Shown piece by piece: positions 44,279-54,392 of a stretch of 64,000 nt of DNA. Every line of letters starts with the position of its first letter. Within the stretch, counting starts at the first letter, position 1. The DNA comes from Coriobacteriia bacterium (lineage in GTDB: Bacteria > Actinomycetota > Coriobacteriia > Anaerosomatales > PALSA-660): NCBI GenBank assembly GCA_025361335.1, contig JANYAK010000038.1, forward strand, positions 17,047 through 81,046, read 5' to 3'. A program made the position numbers and the translations under genes. The notes beneath the pieces are model-generated. The model made no database searches. It was not told the DNA's origin and saw only the letters and a list, made by a program, of their open reading frames with translations.

Positions 44279-45013
44279 GTGCCGAGTGCAGCCCTCGAGC
44301 TTCGAGCCGTGCGTTACAGCTACCCTGACGGGACCGTCGCCCTCTCGGGGATCGACCTCGTCGTCGGCGAGGGAGAGTCCGTGGCGCTGCTCGGACCGAA
44401 CGGGGCCGGCAAGTCGACTCTGCTGCTGCACCTCAACGGAATCCTGCGACCCGCGGAAGGCGCCGTGAGTATCGGAGGCGTGCGTCTGGAGGAGGGGACC
44501 CTGCGCGTCGTGCGAGCGCGGGTGGGCATGGTGTTCCAGGATCCGGACGACCAGCTGTTCATGACGACGCTGTACGACGACGTGGCGTTCGGTCCTCTCA
44601 ACATGGGCCTCGCTCGCGACGACGTCGATGCGCGGGTCCACGAGGCTCTCCACGCGGTCGGTCTGGCGGAGTCGGCGTCCCGTCCCGCACAGCATCTGAG
44701 TTTCGGCCAGCGCAAGCGCGCCGCCTTGGCCACCGTGCTCTCGATGCGTCCCGGGTTGTTGGTGCTCGACGAGCCGACCTCCAACCTGGACCCGAGGGCG
44801 CGGCGGGAGATGATCGCCCTTTTGGACGCGCTCCCCGCGACAAAGATCCTCGCCACGCACGACATGGACTGTGCGGCATCCCTGTGCCGTCGTGCGGCCG
44901 TCATCGACGGGGGTCGTATCGTGGCCGACGGGCCGTCGTCCGAGATCATGCGCGATGCGGTCCTTCTGGAGGCGCATGGTCTCGAGCGACCGACTGCTAC
45001 ACTCGCGTCATGA
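44279..45013 (+). CDS. nikO: ECF ATPase NikO/CbiO
   Basis: GPNGAGKST, VFQDPDDQLF, LSFGQRKR, LDEPT. Confidence 0.92.
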   Translation: MPSAALELRAVRYSYPDGTVALSGIDLVVGEGESVALLGPNGAGKSTLLLHLNGILRPAEGAVSIGGVRLEEGTLRVVRARVGMVFQDPDDQLFMTTLYDDVAFGPLNMGLARDDVDARVHEALHAVGLAESASRPAQHLSFGQRKRAALATVLSMRPGLLVLDEPTSNLDPRARREMIALLDALPATKILATHDMDCAASLCRRAAVIDGGRIVADGPSSEIMRDAVLLEAHGLERPTATLAS

Positions 45014-45660
45014 AGAAGTCCCAGCGGCCCATTCCCGCACAGAACTACGTACCGGCGGCGAACGCCCCCTCCTTCTGGGAATGCCCGGGGTGCGGCTTCC
45101 TGAGCAGCGACGTGATGCTCGCGGACGCGGCGACGCCGTGCTCCCGGTGCGGCGCCTCCGGGGTAGAGCGTCGCGTCTTCCCCAACGAGCGTCTGCGCCA
45201 CCTTGACGAGCGCATCCGCGCCTACCACTCGGAGTCCGAGTCCGAGATCGTCGTGATCCTGGGCGCCACCTTCCTGGAGACACTGCTCGAGGACCTCCTC
45301 GACCGCATCATGAGCGCTCATGGGGCCGACGTCGCCGTCCGCTCGATGGTCCTGGACAACGTGCGGGCCGTCGGGCAGCGGATCGGGAGGCTGTTCCCGC
45401 AACTGACCGCCGAGGAGTTCGAGGCGGCAGCCCTGGAACTGGGCTTCCGTGACTTCCCGAAGCGCTGGCGGCGCATCAGAGAGGCACGCAATGCGTTCAT
45501 CCACGACACGCCGTATCGGGAGGCCCCGGGAGGGCTCGACGAGTCGACCGCCCTGCGGACCATGGAACTGATCGACCAGTCGTATCTGCTGTTCGTCTCG
45601 ATGAACAACCGGTTCGTGGCCGACGGCCACCGCGGCCTGGGACCCGTGCGCAGGCCATGA
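45010..45660 (+). CDS. Zinc-ribbon + HEPN-like domain protein
   Basis: CPGC...CSRC, then a helical domain with IVVILGATFLETLL and REARNAFIH. ATGA overlaps at both ends. Confidence 0.7.
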   Translation: MKKSQRPIPAQNYVPAANAPSFWECPGCGFLSSDVMLADAATPCSRCGASGVERRVFPNERLRHLDERIRAYHSESESEIVVILGATFLETLLEDLLDRIMSAHGADVAVRSMVLDNVRAVGQRIGRLFPQLTAEEFEAAALELGFRDFPKRWRRIREARNAFIHDTPYREAPGGLDESTALRTMELIDQSYLLFVSMNNRFVADGHRGLGPVRRP

Positions 45661-48035
45661 CGGTCGCCGCGCGAATCCGCGTCACGGGCGTCGTCCAAGG
45701 CGTCGGCTTCCGCCCCTTCGTCTACAACCTGGCTCGGTCGCTGGCCCTGACGGGGTGGGTGAACAACGACTCTCAGGGCGTCAACGTGGTCGTCGAGGGC
45801 TCTCCCGCAGCCGTCGAGCGTCTCGCGGCGGAGTTGCGCGACCTGGCCCCCGCGCGCGCCGTGATCGAGACCCTCGATGTGGAAGCGATCCCGCCCGAAG
45901 GGTTCACCGACTTCACGATCCGCGAATCGGGATGCGCGGACGGCGCCATGACGCTCGTCTCCCCCGACATCGCGACGTGTCCGGCGTGTCTCGCCGAGAT
46001 GCGTGCACCCGGGGACCGGCGCTATCGCTACCCGTTCGTGAACTGCACGAACTGCGGCCCGCGCTTCACCATCATCGAGGACGTGCCGTACGACCGGCCG
46101 ATGACGACGATGCGCGACTTCCCGATGTGTCCGGACTGCGCGGCCGAGTACGCGGACCCCGCCGATCGGAGGTTCCACGCCCAGCCCAACGCCTGTTCCG
46201 TCTGCGGGCCACGGCTGTACCTGTCGGGCAAGGGCCGCGTGAGCACCGGCTGGGAGTGGGACGCCGCGATGGAGCGGACTCCCCGCCTCCGGCGAGACCC
46301 GGGCGACGAGGGGAGGCGGACCGGAGACATCCTGCAGGCGGTCACGTTCATGCTGAGCGGCGGCGAGATCGTGGCGCTCAAGGGGCTCGGCGGATTCCAC
46401 CTCGCCTGCGACGCCACGAACGAGGCCGCGGTGTCCCGACTTCGCGACCGCAAGCGCCGCTGGGGCAAACCGTTCGCCGTGATGTTCCCCACGCTCGAGA
46501 TGGCCCGAGCGTACTGCGAGATCGATGACACCGAAGCGGCGCTCCTCGAAGGCAGCGTTCGCCCAATCGTTCTGCTGAGGCGACGCGACGGAGCCGCGGG
46601 GAAGCCGACCACGGGATCCGACGGCGGACGGCTTGCGCCGTCGATCGCTCCCGGGCTGGCCGAGATCGGCGTCATGCTGCCCTACACGCCGCTGCACCAT
46701 CTGCTGCTGGACGTCTTCGGCGGCCCGCTCGTCATGACCTCGGGCAACCTCTCGGACGAGCCCATCGCGACCGGCAACGCCGAGGCCATGGCGCGGCTTT
46801 CGCCGATCGCCGACGCGTTCCTCCTGCACGACCGCGGGGTCCGCTCGCGCTATGACGACTCCGTGGTGCGCGTCGTGTCGGGCCGGACCGAGATGGTCCG
46901 TCGGGCGCGCGGGTACGCCCCGTTCCCCCTGCACCTCCCGTCCGCCTCAGCCCTGTCGGTGCTGGCGACGGGACCCGAGCAGAAGAACACGTTCTGCCTC
47001 ACCAGAGACGGATACGCCTTCGTGTCCCAGCATATGGGGAACTTGGAGAACGCCGAGACGCTGGAGGCCTTCGAGGCCGCGGTCGACCTCTATCGCGGGA
47101 TGTTCCGCATCGAGCCGTCGCTGGTCGCGTACGACCTGCACCCCGAGTACCTTGCCACCAAGTACGCGCTCACCCTGGGGCTTCCGACCGAGGGGGTCCA
47201 GCACCACCACGCCCACATCGCGGCGGTCTCGGCCGAGCACGCGGTGTCCGGCCCTGTGGTCGGCCTCGCCTATGACGGGACCGGCTACGGCCCCGACGGC
47301 ACCATCTGGGGCGGAGAGGTGCTCGTCTCGACCTGGGGATCGTATCAGCGGTTCGCCCACCTGCGGCCGGTACCGATGCCGGGCGGAGCAGCGTCGATCC
47401 GGCGACCCGTGCGGATGGCACTCGGCTTGCTCTGTGGACTGGACAGAGGGCTGTTGGATCACCCCGGTCTCGCACACCTGCTCACACGACTCGCAACGGA
47501 TGAACTCTCGAACACACTTGCGATGGCGGACCGGGGTCTCAACAGCCCTCTCACGTCGTCCATGGGACGGCTGTTCGATGCGGTCGCGGCCATCGCGGGG
47601 GTCAGGGACGACGCGGCCTACGAGGGGCAGGCAGCCATCGAGCTCGAAGCCCTGGCCGACCGGTCCGAGACGGGGGCGTACCACTTCTTTGTCGGCGACG
47701 GCACGCCGGCCGTGATCGATCCGCTGCCCCTCGTCGAGGCGCTGCTCGACGACGTGGCCGCCTCAGTCCCCGTCGCGACGATCTCCGCCCGGTTCCACAA
47801 CGCCGTGGTGCGGATGAGCGTCGGCATCGCGCGTCGGGGGGCGGAAGCCGCCGGGACTCGCCATGTGGCGCTGGGGGGAGGCGTCTTCATGAACCGCATC
47901 GTCCTGGCCGGCACCCTGCGTGGCCTCGAGGATGCCGGGCTCGTCCCGCTCCTTCCGCGCGAGCTGCCGGTGAACGACGGGGCTATCTCGTTCGGGCAGG
48001 CGGTCGTGGCGCTCGCGCGCCGCGATGCGGTATAA
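45657..48035 (+). CDS. hypF: Carbamoyltransferase HypF
   Basis: GVVQGVGFRPF, CTNCGPRF, RRFHAQP, KGLGGFHL, QHHHAH, NDGAISFGQ. Confidence 0.98.
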   Translation: MTVAARIRVTGVVQGVGFRPFVYNLARSLALTGWVNNDSQGVNVVVEGSPAAVERLAAELRDLAPARAVIETLDVEAIPPEGFTDFTIRESGCADGAMTLVSPDIATCPACLAEMRAPGDRRYRYPFVNCTNCGPRFTIIEDVPYDRPMTTMRDFPMCPDCAAEYADPADRRFHAQPNACSVCGPRLYLSGKGRVSTGWEWDAAMERTPRLRRDPGDEGRRTGDILQAVTFMLSGGEIVALKGLGGFHLACDATNEAAVSRLRDRKRRWGKPFAVMFPTLEMARAYCEIDDTEAALLEGSVRPIVLLRRRDGAAGKPTTGSDGGRLAPSIAPGLAEIGVMLPYTPLHHLLLDVFGGPLVMTSGNLSDEPIATGNAEAMARLSPIADAFLLHDRGVRSRYDDSVVRVVSGRTEMVRRARGYAPFPLHLPSASALSVLATGPEQKNTFCLTRDGYAFVSQHMGNLENAETLEAFEAAVDLYRGMFRIEPSLVAYDLHPEYLATKYALTLGLPTEGVQHHHAHIAAVSAEHAVSGPVVGLAYDGTGYGPDGTIWGGEVLVSTWGSYQRFAHLRPVPMPGGAASIRRPVRMALGLLCGLDRGLLDHPGLAHLLTRLATDELSNTLAMADRGLNSPLTSSMGRLFDAVAAIAGVRDDAAYEGQAAIELEALADRSETGAYHFFVGDGTPAVIDPLPLVEALLDDVAASVPVATISARFHNAVVRMSVGIARRGAEAAGTRHVALGGGVFMNRIVLAGTLRGLEDAGLVPLLPRELPVNDGAISFGQAVVALARRDAV

Positions 48036-48105
48036 CAGCGGGGTCTTGCGAGAACGGCCGTCGCGCACCGCGCGATCCGAACCTGCCCATCGAAAGGCCC
48101 CGCAT

Positions 48106-48384
48106 ATGTGCCTCGCGATCCCCGCACGAGTCGTTCTCATCGGTGAGAACCTGATGGCCCAGATCGACATCCACGGCGTGACGCGCACGGTCAGCCTCGA
48201 CCTCACCCCCGACGCCGAGGTCGGCTCGTGGGTGCTCGTCCACGCCGGCTACGCGATCCAGGTGGTGGACGAGCAGTTCGCCGCAGAGTCCTGGGACCTG
48301 ATCCAGCAGATGGGCGAGGCGCTGGACGCCGAGGAGATGGCCGAGCTGACCGCCGGGACGCCGCTCGCGCAGACCGAGGGCTAG
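48106..48384 (+). CDS. hypC: Hydrogenase maturation chaperone HypC
   Basis: MCLAIP, VGSWVLVHAGYAI. Confidence 0.97.
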   Translation: MCLAIPARVVLIGENLMAQIDIHGVTRTVSLDLTPDAEVGSWVLVHAGYAIQVVDEQFAAESWDLIQQMGEALDAEEMAELTAGTPLAQTEG

Positions 48385-48385
48385 C

Positions 48386-49486
48386 GTGCCCGCTCTCCCC
48401 CCCAGCGCGTGGCGCGACCCCGGCCTGGCGGCGCGGCTGACCGCGTCGATCACCGCGCACGCCAGCGCGCCCATGAAGCTCATGGAGGTGTGCGGCACGC
48501 ACACAGTGGCCATCGCGCGCTTCGGCCTGCGCGACGTCATGCCCGAAAACGTCACCTTGCTGTCAGGCCCGGGGTGCCCGGTCTGCGTGACGGCGAATCG
48601 CGACATCGACCTCGCGATCGAGATCGGCCGCCAGCCCGGCGTGGTCCTCACGACGTTCGGCGACATGATGAAGGTGCCCGGCTCGTATTCCTCGCTGGCT
48701 CGCGAGAAGGCCGACGGCCGCGACATCCGCGTGGTGTACTCGCCGCTGGACGCCATGGGGATCGCTGAGAGCGAGCCGGGAAGCCAGGTCGTCTTCCTTG
48801 GCGTCGGGTTCGAGACCACGGCGCCCACCGTGGCCGCGGCGATCCGCACGGCCGCTCGCACACGGCTGAAGAACTTCACGGCGCTCGCGCTGCACAAGAC
48901 GGTCCCGCTCGCCCTGGAGGCGCTGGTCAACGACCCTCAGGTCGCGATCGACGGGTTCCTCCTTCCGGGCCACGTGTCGACGATCATCGGCCCGGAACCC
49001 TACCGCTTCCTCGCCTCCCGATACGCCGTCCCCGGCGTGATCGCCGGATTCGAGCCCATCGACGTGCTCCAAGGGATCGACATGCTGGTCAAGCAGGTCT
49101 CCTCGGGCCGCGCTGAGATCGAGATCGCATATGGCAGGGGCGTGTCGCCCGACGGCAACCCGACCGCTCGCGCGCTGATGGCCGAGGTCTTCGAGGCGTC
49201 GGACTCGGACTGGCGAGGGATCGGGGTCATCCCCGGCACCGGGCTGACGCTACGCGAGGAGTACGCCGAGTGGGACGCCGCGCGCAGGTTCGACGTCTCG
49301 CCCCCCGAACCCCGCGAGATCCCCGGCTGCCAGTGCGGCGACGTCTTGCGAGGCGTGACACTCCCCTTCGAGTGCCGCCTGTTCGGCACGGGCTGCACGC
49401 CCGAGCACCCCATCGGCCCCTGCATGGTCTCCTCCGAGGGATCGTGCGCGGCCTACTATCGCTACACCGACTACGGCAGGCAGTGA
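48386..49486 (+). CDS. hypD: Hydrogenase formation protein HypD
   Basis: MEVCGTH, GPGCPVC, GFETT, PGHVS, CMVSSEGSCAA. Confidence 0.98.
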   Translation: MPALPPSAWRDPGLAARLTASITAHASAPMKLMEVCGTHTVAIARFGLRDVMPENVTLLSGPGCPVCVTANRDIDLAIEIGRQPGVVLTTFGDMMKVPGSYSSLAREKADGRDIRVVYSPLDAMGIAESEPGSQVVFLGVGFETTAPTVAAAIRTAARTRLKNFTALALHKTVPLALEALVNDPQVAIDGFLLPGHVSTIIGPEPYRFLASRYAVPGVIAGFEPIDVLQGIDMLVKQVSSGRAEIEIAYGRGVSPDGNPTARALMAEVFEASDSDWRGIGVIPGTGLTLREEYAEWDAARRFDVSPPEPREIPGCQCGDVLRGVTLPFECRLFGTGCTPEHPIGPCMVSSEGSCAAYYRYTDYGRQ

Positions 49487-49537
49487 CCGAACGACCTTAC
49501 GGACACCGCTTCAGCGACGCGATCTGAGGGAGTATCG

Positions 49538-50548
49538 ATGCGACAGGACCGTATCCTGCTGGCGCACGGCAGCGGCGGCACCATGATGCGCGACCTCATC
49601 GAGGAGGTGTTCGTGGCGCGGTTCGGGGACGACATCCTCCGCCGCATGGACGACGCCGCCTCGCTCGAGCTGCCGCCCGGCCGCGTGTCCATGTCCACGG
49701 ACACCTACGTCGTGTCGCCGCTGTTCTTCCCCGGAGGGGACATCGGCAAGCTCGCCGTGGCCGGCACCGTCAACGACATCGCGACCGCGGGAGCCCGCCC
49801 GCTGTACCTGTCGGTCGGCTTCGTGCTCGAAGAGGGACTCCTGATCGACGATCTGCGCCGGATCCTCGACACGATGGCCGAGACCGCCGCCGAGGCCGGC
49901 GTCCGGATCGTCACGGGGGACACGAAGGTCGTCGAGCGCGGGCACGGTGACGGGGTGTACATCAACACCGCGGGCATCGGCGTGATCCCCGACGGCGTGG
50001 ACCTGTCCGCCTCGCATTGCCGGCCGGGCGACCGCGTCCTCCTGTCGGGCACGCTGGGCGACCACGGCATCGCCGTCGTGTCGGTGCGCGAGGGCTTGAA
50101 GTTCGGTACTGACGTGGTGACCGACGCCGCTCCGCTCGGGGACCTGGTCGCGGCGGTCCTGGCCGCGGCGCCGTCCGTGCGCTGCTTTCGCGATCCGACC
50201 CGGGGAGGCTTGGCCTCGACGCTCAACGAGCTCGCCTCGGCTTCCAAGACATCGATCACGGTCGACGAGGATGAGGTGCCCGTCGCCCCGCAAGTGCGCG
50301 GGGCGTGCGAGATGCTCGGATACGATGTCTTCCAAGTCGCCAACGAGGGCAAGATGGTGGCCGTCGTGCCGCAGGAGCAGGCCGAGGCGGCTCTCGCGGC
50401 GATGCGCGCGTCGCGCTACGGTGGATCCGCCGCTATCGTGGGCGAGGTCGCCGAAGGGCATGCCGGTCGCGTCTACGTGCGGACCTCCTTCGGCTCCCGG
50501 AGGATCATGGACATGCTCGTCGGGGAGCAGCTGCCGAGGATCTGCTAG
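49538..50548 (+). CDS. hypE: Hydrogenase maturation protein HypE
   Basis: AHGSGG, GTVND, RDPTRGG, C-terminal LPRIC. Confidence 0.98.
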   Translation: MRQDRILLAHGSGGTMMRDLIEEVFVARFGDDILRRMDDAASLELPPGRVSMSTDTYVVSPLFFPGGDIGKLAVAGTVNDIATAGARPLYLSVGFVLEEGLLIDDLRRILDTMAETAAEAGVRIVTGDTKVVERGHGDGVYINTAGIGVIPDGVDLSASHCRPGDRVLLSGTLGDHGIAVVSVREGLKFGTDVVTDAAPLGDLVAAVLAAAPSVRCFRDPTRGGLASTLNELASASKTSITVDEDEVPVAPQVRGACEMLGYDVFQVANEGKMVAVVPQEQAEAALAAMRASRYGGSAAIVGEVAEGHAGRVYVRTSFGSRRIMDMLVGEQLPRIC

Positions 50549-51475
50549 ATGACGACGTCGGGCGCTCGGCGCGATTCGACCGGCGGCCTCCTCCGCGTGG
50601 CGGCTGCCGCGATCATCTGGGGCACGATCCCGCTGGTCATCCGCGCGTCGGACGGGTCGTCCGCCGTCAAGGTCCTGTACCGCGTCGCTGTCGCGGGGCT
50701 CGCCCTGCTCGTGTGGATGGCGGTGCGCGGCCGCCTGTCCGAGCTGACCGGCCTCTCCCGGCGCAAGCTGCTGTCCGTGGTGGGGCAGGGCGTCCTCCTG
50801 ACCGTCAACTGGCTGCTGTTCCTCACCGCTCTCGACATGACGAAGGTGGCGGTGGCCGAGCTCCTGGGATACACCGGGCCGGTCATCGTCGCCGCCTTGG
50901 CTCCCTCGGTCACGGGAGAGAGGTTCGACCGCCGGATCGTGGTCCCGCTCGGCTTCGCGCTCGGGGGCATCGCCGTCATCATGGCCCCGCAGGGCATCAC
51001 GCTCGGCTCGGGGCGAGAGACGATCGGAGCGATCCTCGCGTTCGCCTCCGCCCTCACGTACGCCACCTTGCTGCTGCGCTCGAAGAGGATCCTGAGAGAC
51101 ATCTCCTCGAGCGCGCTGATGGTGGTCGAGTACGGCACCGCCACGGTCCTCCTCGCGCCTGTGGCGTTCTTCCTGCCGGGCCCGAGCACACCGCTGGCCG
51201 TGGGCGCGCTCGTGACGCTCGGCCTGGTGCAGACGGCGCTCGCCGGATTCATCTTCCTGAGCGGGCTGCGGCGGGTTCGGACGGACCATGCGGCCATCCT
51301 CACGTACGCCGAGCCCGTGAGCGCGGTCCTGTTCGCCGCCCTTCTGTTGGGAGAGCCGCTCACATGGACGACCGCGCTGGGGGGAGCGATGGTGCTCGGC
51401 GCCGGCGTCGCGGTCACGCGCCTGGAACCCGCGTTCGGCCCCGAGGCACCGGTGCCCGCCGCCGACGAGGCCTGA
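50549..51475 (+). CDS. DMT/EamA family transporter
   Basis: About 10 TM helices; IIWGT, LTYAEPVSA..LLGEPL. Confidence 0.9.
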   Translation: MTTSGARRDSTGGLLRVAAAAIIWGTIPLVIRASDGSSAVKVLYRVAVAGLALLVWMAVRGRLSELTGLSRRKLLSVVGQGVLLTVNWLLFLTALDMTKVAVAELLGYTGPVIVAALAPSVTGERFDRRIVVPLGFALGGIAVIMAPQGITLGSGRETIGAILAFASALTYATLLLRSKRILRDISSSALMVVEYGTATVLLAPVAFFLPGPSTPLAVGALVTLGLVQTALAGFIFLSGLRRVRTDHAAILTYAEPVSAVLFAALLLGEPLTWTTALGGAMVLGAGVAVTRLEPAFGPEAPVPAADEA

Positions 51476-51508
51476 GTGGGGTAGCATAGTCGGCGAGGGG
51501 GTGCCGTC

Positions 51509-53152
51509 ATGAACGCACTGGACCGGCTCAGAGACGATAGTGCTGTGGCTCGACTGTGGGCGCGCGACGGGTCGCTGTTCTCAAGCGATCCCGCCGTGGC
51601 GGCCGACGCCGGTGGCTGGCTGGGATGGGTCGGGCTCGCGGACCGGGCGTCCCGCTGGGCCGAGGCTCTCAGCGACGCCTCCGCCGCCGTCGTCAGCCTC
51701 GGGATCACCGACGTGGTCTTGCTGGGGATGGGCGGCTCGTCGCTCGCACCTCTCGTGCTGTCCTCCGTCATCGGGAGTGGCCCGGGGTACCCCTCGCTCC
51801 ACGTTCTGGACACCACGTCCCCCTACACCGTCCTGCGGACGCTCGAGCGCCTGACCCCGCGCACCACGCTCGTCGTGGTCTCCAGCAAGTCGGGCGGCAC
51901 CATCGAGCCGAATTCGCTGTACGCGGTGTTGTGCGAATGGGCCGAAACCGAGCTGGGGACGGGAGCAGGGTCGCATTTCGTCGCGATCACCGACCCGGGG
52001 TCCTCCCTCGAGGCCCTTGCTGACGAGCAGGGCTTCGCCGCCGTGTTCCACGGAGAGCCGGACGTCGGCGGTCGGTTCTCCGCGCTGACCGCGTTCGGCC
52101 TGGTCCCGGCCTCGCTCATCGGGATCGACATCGCGCGGCTGGCACGCAGCGCGATGGATATCGAGAGCGCGGTCCGCGAACCGGGAAGCGACAACCCCGC
52201 GGCGAAGCTCGCCGCCTGGATGGTCGATGCGCTCGAGGCCGGGCGCGACAAGCTCACGTTCGTCGCTTCGAAAGACCTCGCTCCGTTCGGCCTCTGGGTC
52301 GAGCAGTTGGTGGCGGAATCGACCGGCAAGGACGGCACGGGGCTGGTCCCCGTGCTCGACGACGCGCCGGGTGACGGCGAAGCCTACGGTGAGGACCGGA
52401 TGGTGCTTATCATGCGGGGACCGGGTGATGAGACCCTCGCGTCACTGGCCGGCCGTCTGCCCGCCGGTACGCCGGTGTTCGAGGTGGTCGTCGATGACCC
52501 GCACGACGTGGCCGGCGAGTTCGTTCGTTGGGAGCACGCCGTGGCCCTGGCTGGTCACCTGATGGGGATCCACCCCTTCGACCAGCCGGCCGTCGGAGGA
52601 GCCAAGGAGGCGACGACCGCGATCCTGGCGGGCACGCTCGCCGCTCCCGAACCCACCTTGCACGTGGGCGGGATCCGCGTCACGTGCGTGGTGCCGGGCC
52701 GCGAGGCATCCGAGTTCTCCAGCCTGGCTTCGGCGCTCGACGGCCTGCTCGACGGTGCCGGACCGGGCGACTATCTGGCCTTGCTCGCCTATCTCCCGGA
52801 GGAACGATCGCTCCTGGGACCTCTGGCCGGAGGGCTGGCCGCGGTGTCGGCCGCGCGCCGTCTTGCCTGCTGCCTCGAGATCGGCCCGCGCTACCTCCAC
52901 TCGACGGGGCAGCTCCACAAGGCCGGTCCCGCGGTCGGGCGCTTCCTGATGGTGACGACGCGCAACGAGCCGGTCATCCATGTGCCGGGGAGGGCGTTCA
53001 CACTTGAGGAGCTGATCCGGGCTCAGGCTGAAGGCGACTTCGTCACCCTGGCCGAGCGCGGGCTTCGCATCGTGCGTGTGGACCTTCCGGAACCGGCGCA
53101 TGCCCCTGTGATGCTGCTGGCCGAGACCCTGCGCGGCGCGGCGATCGGATAG
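51509..53152 (+). CDS. pgi: Glucose-6-phosphate isomerase (type found in Tal-PGI fusions, standalone here)
   Basis: LGMGGSSL, SKSGGT.E, GGRFSAL, EQLVAESTGK, PFDQP, LHSTGQLHK. Confidence 0.88.
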   Translation: MNALDRLRDDSAVARLWARDGSLFSSDPAVAADAGGWLGWVGLADRASRWAEALSDASAAVVSLGITDVVLLGMGGSSLAPLVLSSVIGSGPGYPSLHVLDTTSPYTVLRTLERLTPRTTLVVVSSKSGGTIEPNSLYAVLCEWAETELGTGAGSHFVAITDPGSSLEALADEQGFAAVFHGEPDVGGRFSALTAFGLVPASLIGIDIARLARSAMDIESAVREPGSDNPAAKLAAWMVDALEAGRDKLTFVASKDLAPFGLWVEQLVAESTGKDGTGLVPVLDDAPGDGEAYGEDRMVLIMRGPGDETLASLAGRLPAGTPVFEVVVDDPHDVAGEFVRWEHAVALAGHLMGIHPFDQPAVGGAKEATTAILAGTLAAPEPTLHVGGIRVTCVVPGREASEFSSLASALDGLLDGAGPGDYLALLAYLPEERSLLGPLAGGLAAVSAARRLACCLEIGPRYLHSTGQLHKAGPAVGRFLMVTTRNEPVIHVPGRAFTLEELIRAQAEGDFVTLAERGLRIVRVDLPEPAHAPVMLLAETLRGAAIG

Positions 53153-53184
53153 CGGGGGATCTGGCCCGCCTGTCGTCCGCGCAC

Positions 53185-53667
53185 TCACAGGGCTCGGATC
53201 TCGGCCTCCACGCCCCCCGCGCCATCCACGGTCACGATCGCGCACGAGAGGCCACCGCCGCGCGCTTGGCCGGCCGTGCCCGGGTTGACGAAGAGCACCT
53301 CCCCGACGCGCTCGACGCGGCTCCGGTGAGTGTGCCCGCTCACCACGACGCGCACCCGCGCGACGACCGGATCGACTTCGCGCACCAGGTCGGCACGGAT
53401 GTGTCCCACGAGGAAGCGCACCCCGCCCAACTCGATGTCCGCGACATGTGGAAGCCACCGGGTACGTCCCTGTTCGCAGTTGCCCGCGACCGCAGTCACC
53501 GGGGCGATCGTCTCGAGCTGGTCGATGACGCGGGTGTCGCCGACGTCGCCGGCGTGCAGGACGTGGTCGACGCCCGCCAGCACGCGGTGTGCGGACGCCG
53601 GCAGGACGCCATGCGTGTCGGAGACGATGCCGACCCGGAACGCCCTGGGGCTCGATGCCGCGGCCAA
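53185..53667 (-). CDS. YfcE-family metallophosphoesterase
   Basis: VSDTHG, HAGD, GNC, SGHTH, NPGT. Confidence 0.9.
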   Translation of the reverse strand: MAAASSPRAFRVGIVSDTHGVLPASAHRVLAGVDHVLHAGDVGDTRVIDQLETIAPVTAVAGNCEQGRTRWLPHVADIELGGVRFLVGHIRADLVREVDPVVARVRVVVSGHTHRSRVERVGEVLFVNPGTAGQARGGGLSCAIVTVDGAGGVEAEIRAL

Positions 53668-53671
53668 GACG

Positions 53672-54388
53672 CTACAGACCCAGCGCGCGCTTGAGCGAGG
53701 GCACCCGCCTGCGGGAGACGGGCACCTGGCTCGAAGCGCGGTCCTTGAGCGTGAGCAGGAGCGTTCCCCCGTACATGGGGACGACCTCCTTGATCTGGCT
53801 GAGGTTGACCAGGAACCGACGGTGTACCCTGAAGAACCCGCGCGGTTCGAGCTTGCGCTCCAGCTGGGCCAGGGAGAGCGTGGACAGATACCTCTCCCCG
53901 TCGGTGAACAGATAGCTGTAGTCGTCCTTCGCCATCACGTAGAAGATCTCCTCGACCGACAGCAGCAGCTTCTTGCCGGCCTTCTCCACGGGCACCCTCT
54001 CGACCCGCGCCCCACCAGCGACCGGCTCGGTGGGCGAGAGACGCTCGATGGCGTGCCGCAGGCGCGCGACCTCGACCGGCTTGACGAGGAAGTCCGTCGC
54101 TTCCACCTCGAAGGCTTTCACGGCGTGCTCGGAGTACGCCGTGACGAACACGATGGACGGCTGCTTGTCGAGTTCTCCCAGCGCCTCGGCCAGCTGCATC
54201 CCCGACAGGCCGGGCATGTCGATATCGAGGAACACGACATCGTACGCGAGGGCGCGGATCAGCTGAAGCGCCTCGGCGGCACTCGAGGCCTCGCCGACCA
54301 CCTCGACCCCGCCGGCCTCGCCCAGGAGGAAGCGCAGCTCTGACCGGGCCGGAGCCTCATCATCGACAACGAGCGCCTTCAGGACCAT
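53672..54388 (-). CDS. LytTR-family response regulator
   Basis: VVDDE, FLDIDMP, FFRVHRRFLVN, VPVSRR. Confidence 0.95.
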   Translation of the reverse strand: MVLKALVVDDEAPARSELRFLLGEAGGVEVVGEASSAAEALQLIRALAYDVVFLDIDMPGLSGMQLAEALGELDKQPSIVFVTAYSEHAVKAFEVEATDFLVKPVEVARLRHAIERLSPTEPVAGGARVERVPVEKAGKKLLLSVEEIFYVMAKDDYSYLFTDGERYLSTLSLAQLERKLEPRGFFRVHRRFLVNLSQIKEVVPMYGGTLLLTLKDRASSQVPVSRRRVPSLKRALGL

Positions 54389-54392
54389 CCCA

